Positions 20,590-30,018 of a stretch of 64,000 nt of DNA are shown here, in pieces; position 1 is the stretch's first letter, and each line of letters begins with the position of its first letter. The position numbers were made by a program, and so were the translations under genes. The notes beneath the pieces are model-generated. The model was not told where the DNA came from, did not search any database, and saw nothing but the letters and a program-made list of their open reading frames with translations. The DNA comes from a virus. The DNA is taken from IMG/VR virus record IMGVR_UViG_3300044835_000040, positions 65,071 to 129,070 of that record; one strand, 5' to 3'.

Positions 20590-22194
20590 GTGGTCGCAGT
20601 CAAGACGGACTACCGCGCGGAGGACGTTCCGTTCCCGCGAGCGATGACCCGCTTCCCGATGCTGCGCCAGTCGCTGCTCGGCGCGTTCGACCTGTGCGCG
20701 CTGGAGGCGATCTTCGAGGCCGAAACCGGCTACGTCGGCGGGCTCGATGATCCCGAACGGATGGAGTGGTCGTCGCACCCGCAGGGGCGCGGTCAACTTT
20801 TCCATAGGTGGGCCGCGAGGCTGCTGACGTTGCTTTCCTCGATCGGGCACGACCAGCTGAAGGACGACGTGGAATGCCCGCAGTGTGGGCTGGAGCCGAA
20901 CTTGGAGCTGCAGGAGGGCGACCAGCCGTTCCAGGAGGGCAACGCGTGCCCGCACTGCCGGACGCCGCTGGAGATGAAGGCGCTGACGAACGTGGCGCTG
21001 GATCTGCTGATCGAGGTCGCGCGTCAGCACGACGTGCCGGTGGAGGAGATCGTGAAGGTGCCGCAGAGCGAGCTGAAGGACCTGGAGTGGATCGTCTGCA
21101 AGTTCGCGAAGGAGCAGCGGTTCACGATCGTGAACCTGTACGGCGTCGAGGAACGGCTGATGGCGACGTTGGAGTACCCGAACCCGAAGGGCGGCGTGGT
21201 GCAGCGGGTGCTGACGGGGCAGCTCGACGCGCTGTTCAGCGAGGCGACGGAGGTCGAGGGCCGGTATCACGCGACGGTGATCGACTACAAGGACACGTGG
21301 GCGATCCCCGGCCCGTCGGAGATCTCCTCGGACGGATACTGGCAGCAGCGGTTCTACGCGTGGCTGGTGATGCGCAACCATCCGACGGTCGACAGCGTGA
21401 CGTTGAAGGAGGTGTACGTCCGCTTCAAATCGGGCGACTCGGGTGAGGACAACCATCGCTCGGCGACGATCACGCGTGAGCGGCTGCCGCTGATCGAAGC
21501 GCAGCTGTCGGTCGTGGCTGAGGGCTTCGACCGGGCGTGGGACGCGTTCGAGGAGGAGCGTGAGCTGAGTGCCGAATGGGACTCGGACGAGGAGCTGCGT
21601 GACTCGCTGAGCGAGCGGATGGCGGTCGTGAGGCGTCGCGCGGCCGCGCTGCGGCGCCCGTCGCCGGGGTCGCACTGCAACTACTGCCCGAAGCCGGGGC
21701 AGTGTCCGATCGCGCCGTCGGTGCGTGTGCACGGCGCGATCCAGACGCAGGAGGACGCCGAACGCGTCGTCGGCGAGCTGACGGTGTTCAAGCGCGCGGT
21801 CAAGAGCAGGGAGACGGCGGTGAAGGGCTGGCTGGAGCGCCCCGACACGGAGCGCGCGACGAAGGTCACGAAGTCAACGGAGGACCTGAAAACGTACAAA
21901 GACCGTCCGCCTGGGCTGCCCGAGGGCGTGCCGGTGAAGGCCGCGAAGGGCCAGAAGGCGTACGCGATGGTGGAGGGGACGCGCACCTCGGCGCCGAAGC
22001 GGGAGAAGGTCGAGGAGCTGCTGGCCGCGGCCGCGCGCGGGGTGCCGGTCGATCTCGACGAGTACTACCGGACGGGCGGCTCGTCGACGTTGCGGCTGGT
22101 CGAGCCTGCTGTGCCGGTAGACGGTGCCCCGGATCCTCTCGTCGAACAGGCCCTCGCCGAAGCCGAAGATCGACTGGCACAGTCGGTTGGCTGA
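20590..22194 (+). CDS. PD-(D/E)xK RecB-family exonuclease with Fe-S-type cysteines
   Basis: LTGQLD...VIDYK, Q...Y motif, N-terminal Cys plus CNYCP...CP; next to RecT. Confidence 0.85.
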   Translation: MVAVKTDYRAEDVPFPRAMTRFPMLRQSLLGAFDLCALEAIFEAETGYVGGLDDPERMEWSSHPQGRGQLFHRWAARLLTLLSSIGHDQLKDDVECPQCGLEPNLELQEGDQPFQEGNACPHCRTPLEMKALTNVALDLLIEVARQHDVPVEEIVKVPQSELKDLEWIVCKFAKEQRFTIVNLYGVEERLMATLEYPNPKGGVVQRVLTGQLDALFSEATEVEGRYHATVIDYKDTWAIPGPSEISSDGYWQQRFYAWLVMRNHPTVDSVTLKEVYVRFKSGDSGEDNHRSATITRERLPLIEAQLSVVAEGFDRAWDAFEEERELSAEWDSDEELRDSLSERMAVVRRRAAALRRPSPGSHCNYCPKPGQCPIAPSVRVHGAIQTQEDAERVVGELTVFKRAVKSRETAVKGWLERPDTERATKVTKSTEDLKTYKDRPPGLPEGVPVKAAKGQKAYAMVEGTRTSAPKREKVEELLAAAARGVPVDLDEYYRTGGSSTLRLVEPAVPVDGAPDPLVEQALAEAEDRLAQSVG

Positions 22195-22207
22195 TCTGGC
22201 GACACTG

Positions 22208-22660
22208 ATGGAGCGCATCGAAGCACGCAGCGTGCGCACCGATGATGGCTGTCTCGTCTGGACGGGCGCGCGCAAACCGACGCGGACTGGAGAGCCGGGC
22301 TACGGGTCGATCAGGATCGATCCCGGTCACACGGCGCAAGTGCATCGCGTCGTGTACGCCTTCCATTTCGGGCCGCCCGTAGGGATGGTGCTTCATCGTT
22401 GCCACAACCGCCCCTGTCACGAGCCGACGCATCTATACGACGGCACCGCTATCGATAACGAGCGCGACGCGATCGAGCGAGGAACGGCCGTGTTCCCGAT
22501 CTCACCGAACCTCGGCATCACGCATTGCGGGCACGGTCACGAGCTGACCGGTGCAAACCTGCTTCGCTACAAGCGGCCAGATGGCCGTGTGGAGCGTGTC
22601 TGTCGGCCCTGTAAACGCGCGCGCGCTAGGACCCTCTACGCGAAGGCGAGCCATCGGTGA
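22208..22660 (+). CDS. HNH homing endonuclease
   Basis: CLVWTG, GYG, VHRVVY, VLHRCHNRPCHEPTHLYDGTAIDN, THCGHGH...CRPC. Confidence 0.9.
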   Translation: MERIEARSVRTDDGCLVWTGARKPTRTGEPGYGSIRIDPGHTAQVHRVVYAFHFGPPVGMVLHRCHNRPCHEPTHLYDGTAIDNERDAIERGTAVFPISPNLGITHCGHGHELTGANLLRYKRPDGRVERVCRPCKRARARTLYAKASHR

Positions 22661-23097
22661 AGCGCGGCAAGCCGTTGGAGCGCCGCAAGCCGCTGGCGCG
22701 CGGGGACAGCCAGCTGGGGCGCTCGGAGCTGAAGCGCAAGGGCAGCGGCTTGAAAGCGCTGCGGCCCGACAAGCGCTCGAAGGAGGAGGTCGCGCTACGC
22801 AAGCGGTGGGAGGTCGCCGCCGGTCGCTACGACGGCCACCATGCACTCCGCAGGAGCGTGATCGAACGGCTCGCTGCCGACGCCGGGCTGCCGGTGATCG
22901 AGACGGCATGGGATCTTGCGTGGATGATCCACCTCACGCGCGATGCGCACGAGCGCCACACAAACCGCTCCAGGCGGCTGCCGTTTAGTGTCGTGCCGGA
23001 ACGTGCGCGTGAGGCCGCGAACGCGCTGGACGACGCGCTGGAGGCCGCGGGGCGCCCGCGTACGGCGATGCTGCAGTTGCGGCGGGAGTACTCGTGA
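22657..23097 (+). CDS. hypothetical protein, possibly a degenerate HNH-like nuclease
   Basis: Basic N-terminus; GHH...HERH. Confidence 0.5.
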   Translation: MKRGKPLERRKPLARGDSQLGRSELKRKGSGLKALRPDKRSKEEVALRKRWEVAAGRYDGHHALRRSVIERLAADAGLPVIETAWDLAWMIHLTRDAHERHTNRSRRLPFSVVPERAREAANALDDALEAAGRPRTAMLQLRREYS

Positions 23098-23411
23098 GCG
23101 AACTGCTGAAGCGGGTGCCGGTCATCTCGCCGTCGATCCCGTCGCAGCTGTGGATGGTGTTCATGGAAGCCGTCTGCAAGCGCTACGGGCACAACTGGCG
23201 GCCGTACGGCAAACCGCTGCGGTTCGGTCACCGCGAGTACTGCGTCCGGTGCCTACGGCAAGCTGTCGAGCTGGCGGACGGGAGAGTCGAATGCTCCAAG
23301 GCTGACGTGATGGCCGCGGATCCGGATCTCGCGGAGGCTCTGTATCAGGCGCGGTGGGGCGAACTGCCTCGGCAGCGGCTGACGAGAGGCGAATGGCCGG
23401 TAGCCGACTAG
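23094..23411 (+). CDS. small zinc-binding protein
   Basis: C...GH.W...CVRC. Confidence 0.55.
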   Translation: MSELLKRVPVISPSIPSQLWMVFMEAVCKRYGHNWRPYGKPLRFGHREYCVRCLRQAVELADGRVECSKADVMAADPDLAEALYQARWGELPRQRLTRGEWPVAD

Positions 23412-23421
23412 GAGGTGCGAG

Positions 23422-25176
23422 ATGGTGGTGACTGAGGAGCTGAAGGTTTTCCGGGGGATCGGGATCCCGGTCGGGCTGGCCGCGACGATGAAGTACGCGG
23501 TGCTCGCGAAATCCGGTGGCGGCAAGACGTACTGCGCGCTGAAGTTCGAGGAGCAGATGTGCGACGCGGGGATGTTCTTCGTGGTGCTCGATCCCGTCGG
23601 CAAGCACTGGGCTCTGCGCGCGGGCGCCAACGGCGAGGAGCGCGGCGGCAAGCGCGACGTGTACGTGCTCGGCGGGCTGCATGGCGATGTGGAGCTGTCG
23701 CCGTCGAGCGGAGCGTTGATCGCTGACACGGTGGTCGACCATCCGGGCCGCTACGTGCTCGACGTGTCGACGTTCGAGAGCGACGCTGAACAGGACCGCT
23801 TCGCGACGGACTTCGCCAAACGGCTGTTCCGGCGGAAGGCCAAAGACCCCGGCTACCCGTTGATGCTGGTGCTGGAGGAGGCCGAGTCGTTCATCCCGCA
23901 GGTGCCGCGCGGGAACCAGTCGGTGATGCTCGGCGCGTTCGGGAAGATCGCCCGGCAGGGACGCAACCACGGGCTCGGGCTGTTCATGGTCGCGCAGCGC
24001 AGCGCAGCGCTGAACAAAGGCGTGCTGTCGCAGGCGGATGTGCTGATCGCGAAAGAGATGAGCCACAACAGGGACCTGAACGCGATCGACGAGTGGGTCG
24101 AGGCGAACGGCACGAAGCAGGAGCGCGACACGCTGATCGGCTCGCTCGCATCGCTCGGCGTCGACGAAGCGTGGGTCTGGTCGCCGTCGTGGCTGCGGTG
24201 CTTCACGCGTACGAAGGTGCTGCGCCGGACGACGTTCGACAGCTCGGCGAGCGTGGAACATGGCACCTCGATGAAGGCGGTGAAGCTGACGCCGCTGAAC
24301 GTGGCTGAGCTGGGCAAGCACATCGCGGAGACGGCTGAGCGCTCGAAGGCCGAGGACCCGCGCGAGCTGCGCAAGAAGCTCGCTGCGCGTGACGCCAGGA
24401 TCACTGAGTTGCAGAAGCTCGTCGAGGAGCAGCCTCTGCGCGTGCCGGAGAAGGTGGAGGTGGAAGTGCCGATGGTGCCGGATGAGGTGCTGAAGCTGCT
24501 GGGCGAGGCGATCGGCAGCGCGCACTCGCAGGCCGGGCGCCTGGAGGATCTGCGGACACTGGCCCGCAACGCGAACGCAGCGCGTCCCACGCTGGCCGCT
24601 GAGCGCCCTGTGCGCCCGGCGCCCGTCCGGAGGACCACTCCCCCGCCTGCACCGGCTCCGGCCCGGCACGCGCCCCGGAACGGTGCGCAGGCGGACGATG
24701 GAGAGGCCAAGCCGCTGAAGAAGGCCGAACGGGCGATCCTCGCGGTGCTGGCGCAGTTCCCTGACGGCCGCACGGCGAAGCAGCTCGCGATGCTGACGGG
24801 CTACAGCCCCACGTCGGGCGGGTTCAACAATGCGCTCGCGCGCCTACGGTCGATGGAGCTGATCGACAGGGGCCAGCCGATCCGGATCCTGCCGTCCGGG
24901 ATGGCTGAGATCGAGGGGGAATACGAGCCGTTGCCGGAGGGCGAGGCGCTGTGGGGCCACTGGCTCTCGAAGCTGAAGCTCGCCGAACGGACGATCCTGC
25001 AGGCGCTTCGCTCCGGTGATGGCCTGACGAGCGAGCAGCTGGCTGAGGCGACCGGGTACTCGGGCACGAGCGGCGGCTTCAACAATGCGCTGTCGCGGCT
25101 GCGGTCGCTGGAACTGATCGAGCGCGGCCAGCCGATCGTGCTGTCGGCCGAGTTCGCGGAGTCGGTGGCGGCGTGA
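23422..25176 (+). CDS. HerA/DUF87-family ATPase with two C-terminal winged-helix domains
   Basis: Walker A AKSGGGKT, VLDPVG, Walker B LEEAE, RQGRNHGLG...QR; duplicated ERxIL...QLA..TGYS.TSGGFNNALxRLRS. Confidence 0.85.
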   Translation: MVVTEELKVFRGIGIPVGLAATMKYAVLAKSGGGKTYCALKFEEQMCDAGMFFVVLDPVGKHWALRAGANGEERGGKRDVYVLGGLHGDVELSPSSGALIADTVVDHPGRYVLDVSTFESDAEQDRFATDFAKRLFRRKAKDPGYPLMLVLEEAESFIPQVPRGNQSVMLGAFGKIARQGRNHGLGLFMVAQRSAALNKGVLSQADVLIAKEMSHNRDLNAIDEWVEANGTKQERDTLIGSLASLGVDEAWVWSPSWLRCFTRTKVLRRTTFDSSASVEHGTSMKAVKLTPLNVAELGKHIAETAERSKAEDPRELRKKLAARDARITELQKLVEEQPLRVPEKVEVEVPMVPDEVLKLLGEAIGSAHSQAGRLEDLRTLARNANAARPTLAAERPVRPAPVRRTTPPPAPAPARHAPRNGAQADDGEAKPLKKAERAILAVLAQFPDGRTAKQLAMLTGYSPTSGGFNNALARLRSMELIDRGQPIRILPSGMAEIEGEYEPLPEGEALWGHWLSKLKLAERTILQALRSGDGLTSEQLAEATGYSGTSGGFNNALSRLRSLELIERGQPIVLSAEFAESVAA

Positions 25177-25503
25177 TCCCTGAGCAGCGCGTCGCGCGGA
25201 TGATGGCGCACCTGATCGCGATTGGGCTGGTCAACGCGGAGGACATCGAAGCTGCCGTCGATTCCGCGGTCGGGATGGAGCTGGGCCAGGACGTGTCGAA
25301 GCCGGAGGGCTGTGCCCCGAGCCCGATGCGCCGGGCGTTCGTCTGTGAGCAGGCGTCGCGGCTTCTGCGTCGCTAAGCAGGAACGTCCGACCCGTCTGCA
25401 GAAATAGTGCCGGTGAGTGCGGGGTCGATGACTCCGTGGCGGGACTCCCGATGGCACTATCTCGCGGCGTCCCGCCGTCTATGCAACCGAAAGGCAGGCG
25501 CGC

Positions 25504-26049
25504 ATGAGCGCAGCGACACAGGAGGCGGGTATGGCAGACGCGATGACGGACGAGGAGCGAGCGGCAGCAGAGGCCGAGGCCGCAGCGAACGGCAACGGCA
25601 GCGACGGCGAGGCCGCGGGCGGTGAGCGGCAGACGCTGGAGCAGCTGGCCGCGGATGACCCGGACGCCGACGACGAGACCGAGCAGTTCACGCTGTTCGG
25701 CAGCCAGTCGAAGATCAACAGCAAAGTCGGCGGGCCGAAGGTCACGGCGTCCGCGACGCGCTTCACCGCGAAACGCCAGCCGATCCCCGGCCAGTTCGAG
25801 CTGGGCGAGACGGTCCGCGGCACGTGGGTCGGTCGTGTGAAGGATCTGCAGTTCCCGTCGAAGAAGAACAGCGACGGCAGCTACGAGGTGACCCGTGTGC
25901 ATGTCGTGGAGCTGGAGCGGATCTCGCAGGCCGAGGACGTGCCGGAGGAGTTCGCGATCCTCGACGGTCGCGGCCGTGCTGCTGAGGACGGCGAGCTGGC
26001 GAAAGCTCTCGCTCGGGTCAAGGAGCTGGAAGCTCTGCTCGAAGCGTAG
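25504..26049 (+). CDS. hypothetical protein
   Basis: Good coding-like ORF with RBS. Confidence 0.65.
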   Translation: MSAATQEAGMADAMTDEERAAAEAEAAANGNGSDGEAAGGERQTLEQLAADDPDADDETEQFTLFGSQSKINSKVGGPKVTASATRFTAKRQPIPGQFELGETVRGTWVGRVKDLQFPSKKNSDGSYEVTRVHVVELERISQAEDVPEEFAILDGRGRAAEDGELAKALARVKELEALLEA

Positions 26050-26380
26050 GACCCCTGGAAATAGCTCGACCCCGCGTCCGGCCTGGGAGGGCTGATGGGA
26101 CGGCGGGGTCGAGGTTCATGCCAACTACTCGCGAGGGAGAGGCTGACTTGATGAAGGATAGTGGTACGCCGGACGGATCGAAGAAGCGCCTGACGGTCAC
26201 CGCGGGCGAGCGGAGGATCATCGCTCACGCGCTGCGGACACTGGCCGCAGCGGAACGACCGGACGAGGACCGCCGGGCGTACCTGCGCACCGGCTACGGC
26301 ACGCTAGAGGGCGATGTGCGGTGGCGGCGTGAGGTCGAGCGGCACGAGATGCGGCTGGCGTTGGCCGAAAGGTTCGAGCG

Positions 26381-27148
26381 GTGAGCATCGCTGGCCCGAA
26401 CTACACGCAGGTGCCGCACGCGCTGCTCGACGACGTGCTGCCGGACATCGACACGCTCGCGGAGCTGAAGGTCGCGATGGTGATCGTGCGGGCCACCTTC
26501 GGCTGGCAGAAGCAGGAGGAGGTGATGAGCCTGACGCGGCTGGAGAAGCTGACGGGGATGCGCCGCGAAAGCGTCGTCACCGGCCTGCGCAAGGCGGTCG
26601 CCCGCGGCTACGTCAAGAAGGTCGCCGTGGGTCGCGGATTCGCCTACGGCCTGATCGTGGATGGAGTCGTGGCGGTCCGGGGAGCGGACCAGTCGCAGGG
26701 GTCCGGAGACCGGACCATTGATAGTCCGCAGACCGGACTGCTGGATAGTCCGGAGACCGGACCCCAGTTAAAGAAAGACAGAAAGAAACCCTCCGGGGGA
26801 AAGAAACGCCAGGAGGAGATCAAGTTCGAGGAGGGAAGTGCTGAGGAGGAGGTGTTCAGTCGGCTGACGACGTTGGCGGGGGTCAAGCGCTGCGCTGTGC
26901 CGTCGAAGGCGTCGGTGAAGGCGGTGCTCGATGCGTACCCGACGATCGACCACGCGTCGCTGCTGACGGACCTGGAGTACTGGGCCGAACACGGTGCAGG
27001 GACCCGTCGGCAGATCAAGAGCCTCGCTGGCACCTACCGCACCTTCGCCAAGCGCGCGTTCGATGACCTGAGCCGTTCGGGGGTGTCTGTACACTTGGAG
27101 GACGACGGAAAACCCGAGAGAGACTGGAACGCGACGGTCAAAGGGTAA
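26381..27148 (+). CDS. phage replication initiator (lambda O-like)
   Basis: NYTQVPHALLD...AELKV..VIVRATFGWQK...SLTRLEKLTG wHTH; internal iterons; followed by helicase loader. Confidence 0.88.
   Translation: MSIAGPNYTQVPHALLDDVLPDIDTLAELKVAMVIVRATFGWQKQEEVMSLTRLEKLTGMRRESVVTGLRKAVARGYVKKVAVGRGFAYGLIVDGVVAVRGADQSQGSGDRTIDSPQTGLLDSPETGPQLKKDRKKPSGGKKRQEEIKFEEGSAEEEVFSRLTTLAGVKRCAVPSKASVKAVLDAYPTIDHASLLTDLEYWAEHGAGTRRQIKSLAGTYRTFAKRAFDDLSRSGVSVHLEDDGKPERDWNATVKG
26675..26790. repeat. replication origin iterons plus A-rich tract
   Basis: Palindromic GTCCG(G/C)AGACCGGAC at 26701, 26724 and 26748, degenerate copy at 26675, followed by TTAAAGAAAGACAGAAAGAAA. Confidence 0.8.
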
Positions 27149-27158
27149 GGACTCGAAC

Positions 27159-27965
27159 ATGCGGACGATGGACCCGACAGTCGAGCAGGCACGCACCGAG
27201 GAGGACGAGCGGATCGTCTCGCCGTGCCCGGAGTGCGGCACAGACGTGGAGCGGGTGCTGCCCGCTGGGACGATCGTGTCGCTGGCGAAGCTGATGCGCG
27301 GGATGGCGCTGACGTGCACGGACTGCTCGGAGCGCCTGGACGAAGAGGAGGAGGCGCGCAAAATCCGCATGGAACGCCAGGGGCGTGAGGAGCGGTGCGA
27401 GCTGCCGCCGCTGCTCCGTGGGCTGAGCTGGGACGGGTACAGCGTGGAGCGCCCCGGCGCGGCCGCGGCGGTCGATGCTGCTCGGGAGTGGGCTGCTGGT
27501 GAGCACGCGAAGCGCGGGCTGCTGTACGTCGGCCCGGTCGGGGTCGGCAAGACGACGCTGGCGGCTATCGCGATGTGGGCTGCGCTCGACAGGATCGGTG
27601 TGCGGTACGTCAACGTCGCGGAGCTGGCGGTGAAGATGACGGCTGCGTTCGGTGACAAGGATCGGCAGGCTGCGCTGCGGGTGCTGACGGGCCGCGGTCC
27701 GGTGGTGCTCGATGACCTGGACAAGGTGAACCCGTCGATGCAGGTGCTGTCGCATCTGTACACGGCGATCGATGGCCGGGTGCAGGCGGGCACGTCGATG
27801 ATCGTGACGACGAACATGGACCCGCAGGCTCTGCTGGAGAAGTTCAGCAAGGTCCGGCAGGGTGATGACGCGAGTGAGCGGCGTGTGGCCGCGGAGGCGA
27901 TCGTCGACCGGCTGGTGGGGCACTGCTCGATCTTCCGGATCACGGGCGGCTCGGGCCGCGTCTGA
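27159..27965 (+). CDS. DnaC/IstB-like helicase loader ATPase
   Basis: CPEC/CTDC zinc motif, GPVGVGKT, VLDDLD, IVTTN, AIVDRL. Confidence 0.9.
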   Translation: MRTMDPTVEQARTEEDERIVSPCPECGTDVERVLPAGTIVSLAKLMRGMALTCTDCSERLDEEEEARKIRMERQGREERCELPPLLRGLSWDGYSVERPGAAAAVDAAREWAAGEHAKRGLLYVGPVGVGKTTLAAIAMWAALDRIGVRYVNVAELAVKMTAAFGDKDRQAALRVLTGRGPVVLDDLDKVNPSMQVLSHLYTAIDGRVQAGTSMIVTTNMDPQALLEKFSKVRQGDDASERRVAAEAIVDRLVGHCSIFRITGGSGRV

Positions 27966-28206
27966 TGGACGCCTACACAAACGATGTTCGTAACTGCGCT
28001 CGCTGCGGCGGCGATCACGACGGCGTGGTGTTCGAGCCGTTGACACGACCGGTCGCGCGCGGCGGCGACCGCGAGGACTCGTTGCTCTACACGCACTGGG
28101 CGGCCTGTCCGACGAACGGCGAGCCGATCATATCGCTGGCGCGCCCGCGCACGCCGCCGGGTCCTCCTTCGCCCCCGAAGCCGGACCGTCACCGCCCGAT
28201 CGGCTG

Positions 28207-28371
28207 ATGCCGGACTGGGGCTACACGCGGGGCGGCAACTGGTACGACGGGCTCCCCACACGGGTCTACCGCGGGTTCTACGGGCTGTCCTCGCAGCAGA
28301 AGATCGTGGAGAGCCAGCGCGACAAAGGCAAGCTCGCGGTGTTCCCCGACTGTAAGCGGCTGTGGTGGTGA
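28207..28371 (+). CDS. small hypothetical protein (not in ORF track)
   Basis: MPDWGYTRGGNWYDG...RLWW, coupled to neighbours by overlaps. Confidence 0.5.
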   Translation: MPDWGYTRGGNWYDGLPTRVYRGFYGLSSQQKIVESQRDKGKLAVFPDCKRLWW

Positions 28372-28451
28372 AGCGGGCTCTCCCGACGCTGCTGGTCGCG
28401 TCGCTACTGGTGCTGGCCGCCGCGGCCGCGATCTTGCTGCAGCATCTCTGA
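28368..28451 (+). CDS. 27-aa single-TM peptide
   Basis: MKRALPTLLVASLLVLAAAAAILLQHL, GTGA overlap. Confidence 0.5.
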   Translation: MKRALPTLLVASLLVLAAAAAILLQHL

Positions 28452-28470
28452 CGGCCGGTAGGATCCAGCT

Positions 28471-28549
28471 CGGACGGGCCGCGCATGGTGTGCGGGAGAT
28501 CCCGTAACCCGTCCCCAAAGTCGCGGCATGAAACAGAGCGGCCCGTCCG
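28471..28549 (+). ncRNA. candidate small structured RNA
   Basis: TAGGAT -10-like hexamer at 28459; perfect 12-bp closing stem CGGACGGGCCGC/GCGGCCCGTCCG; intergenic. Confidence 0.4.
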
Positions 28550-28571
28550 TTCACTCGCGTAGGGTCGGCCG

Positions 28572-29195
28572 ATGACTCCCCTGCTGGAGCAGCAAGAGCT
28601 GCTGGAGGTGCCACCGGAGCGGACCGTCGCGTTGCCGACGACGATCAGCCCGACGGCGGGCTGGTGGGGCGTCGACATATCCACCGCTCGCTACAACATC
28701 GGGTTCATCGACCGCGACGGCCAGCGCGGTGTGCACAGCGTGAAGCTCGGCGCGGCGAACGACAACGAGGGCGAGCGGCTGAACCGCTTCCAGCGGCAGA
28801 TGTGCACGCTCACGGAGACGATGCTCGCCGAGCCGGGCGTCCCGTTGCCGGGCGTGGTGTTCGTGGAGCAGCCGGGCGGGCAGACGGTGATGCCGATCCT
28901 CTGGTACGCGGCGGGGATCGCTGCGCAGGCGATCTACCAGACGGTCAACCGGATCCACGGCTACGTGCCGCGTGTGGAGACGATGCCGCCGTCGAAGTGG
29001 AAGAAGATCGCGGTCGGCAGGGGGAACATCTACAAGCCCGCGCGCAAGAAGGGCCAGCCGCCACCGCCGATCGACGCGTACCCGGTGTGGGTCTGGGCGC
29101 GCACGCTGGGGATGCCGGAGACGGGCAGCTGGGATGACGCTGACGCGTATGGCGTCGCGGAGGCGGCGCGCAAGACGATAGGGATTGCTCGCTAG
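28572..29195 (+). CDS. RuvC-like Holliday junction resolvase
   Basis: WGVDIS, VFVEQP, PSKWKK.AVGRGN, DDADAYGVA. Confidence 0.85.
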   Translation: MTPLLEQQELLEVPPERTVALPTTISPTAGWWGVDISTARYNIGFIDRDGQRGVHSVKLGAANDNEGERLNRFQRQMCTLTETMLAEPGVPLPGVVFVEQPGGQTVMPILWYAAGIAAQAIYQTVNRIHGYVPRVETMPPSKWKKIAVGRGNIYKPARKKGQPPPPIDAYPVWVWARTLGMPETGSWDDADAYGVAEAARKTIGIAR

Positions 29196-29467
29196 CCTTC
29201 GCGCATGTCCAACGTAGACAAGAGCGCGCTCCCCGCGCTTCAGATCAGGGATCAGGGCTTCGAGCTGCGCCAGCACCCGACGGAAACGGGTCCGGCCGAC
29301 TACATCGGTCAGGGCACGCCGTCGGAGCAGGCGCGCGACCGCGCGCAGGAGGCGGCTGTCGCCGCGTGTCCTGCTCATCGCGTGGTCGTCGGCACGATGA
29401 GCTGACGGTGGCGCCGCCGGGGGCGGCTGCTACTGTCTCGCGCTGCAACCGATCGCTGGGAGGTGTG

Positions 29468-29917
29468 GTGCTCACCGCTGATGAGGAACGCGCGAAGGCG
29501 CGTGCTCGCTATCACCGTCGTAAGGCTGAAGACCCCGAGCGGGTCGCGCGGCAGTCTCGTGAATCGAGCCGTGCGTATCGCAGGGGTCCGCATCGCGAGA
29601 TGGTGCTGAGCATCGAAGCGATGCGGCTTCGAGGGCACTACGCTCGCGCGACGCCTGAGCAGAAACAGGCGATACGGCTGCGGTCGAGGCGCAAAGGCGC
29701 TGCCCGTCCCGACGCTGAGTACGGCGTGCAGGGCGATCCTTGCTGTTACTGCGGCGCTCGGATGGAGCACGTGGATCACGTGGACCCTGTTGCTCGTGGT
29801 GGAGGCGGCGGCTGGGAGAACCTAACCGCCGCCTGCGCGCCGTGCAACCTCACGAAGGGCGCACGCACGCTGCTCGTGTACCTCGTCGAAAGGAGGCGTC
29901 CCACGACAACCCGATAG
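29468..29917 (+). CDS. HNH endonuclease
   Basis: CCYCG...HVDHVDPVARGGGGGWENLTAACAPCNLTKG. Confidence 0.88.
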   Translation: MLTADEERAKARARYHRRKAEDPERVARQSRESSRAYRRGPHREMVLSIEAMRLRGHYARATPEQKQAIRLRSRRKGAARPDAEYGVQGDPCCYCGARMEHVDHVDPVARGGGGGWENLTAACAPCNLTKGARTLLVYLVERRRPTTTR

Positions 29918-30018
29918 GTCGCTGCGCGCACGAGGGATGCAAAGCGCGCCGGGGGAAGTCCCGTACCCCGAAGGCAAGCGGCCGGGCTGACGATGCAAAC
30001 AACCCTGGAGGTCTGTTC

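Noticed and set aside
20590-22194. Cas4 serving the RAMP locus
   Set aside because: Adjacent to RecT and over 20 kb away; best explained as a recombination exonuclease
27159-27965. IS21 IstB
   Set aside because: No IstA or terminal repeats; follows the phage initiator
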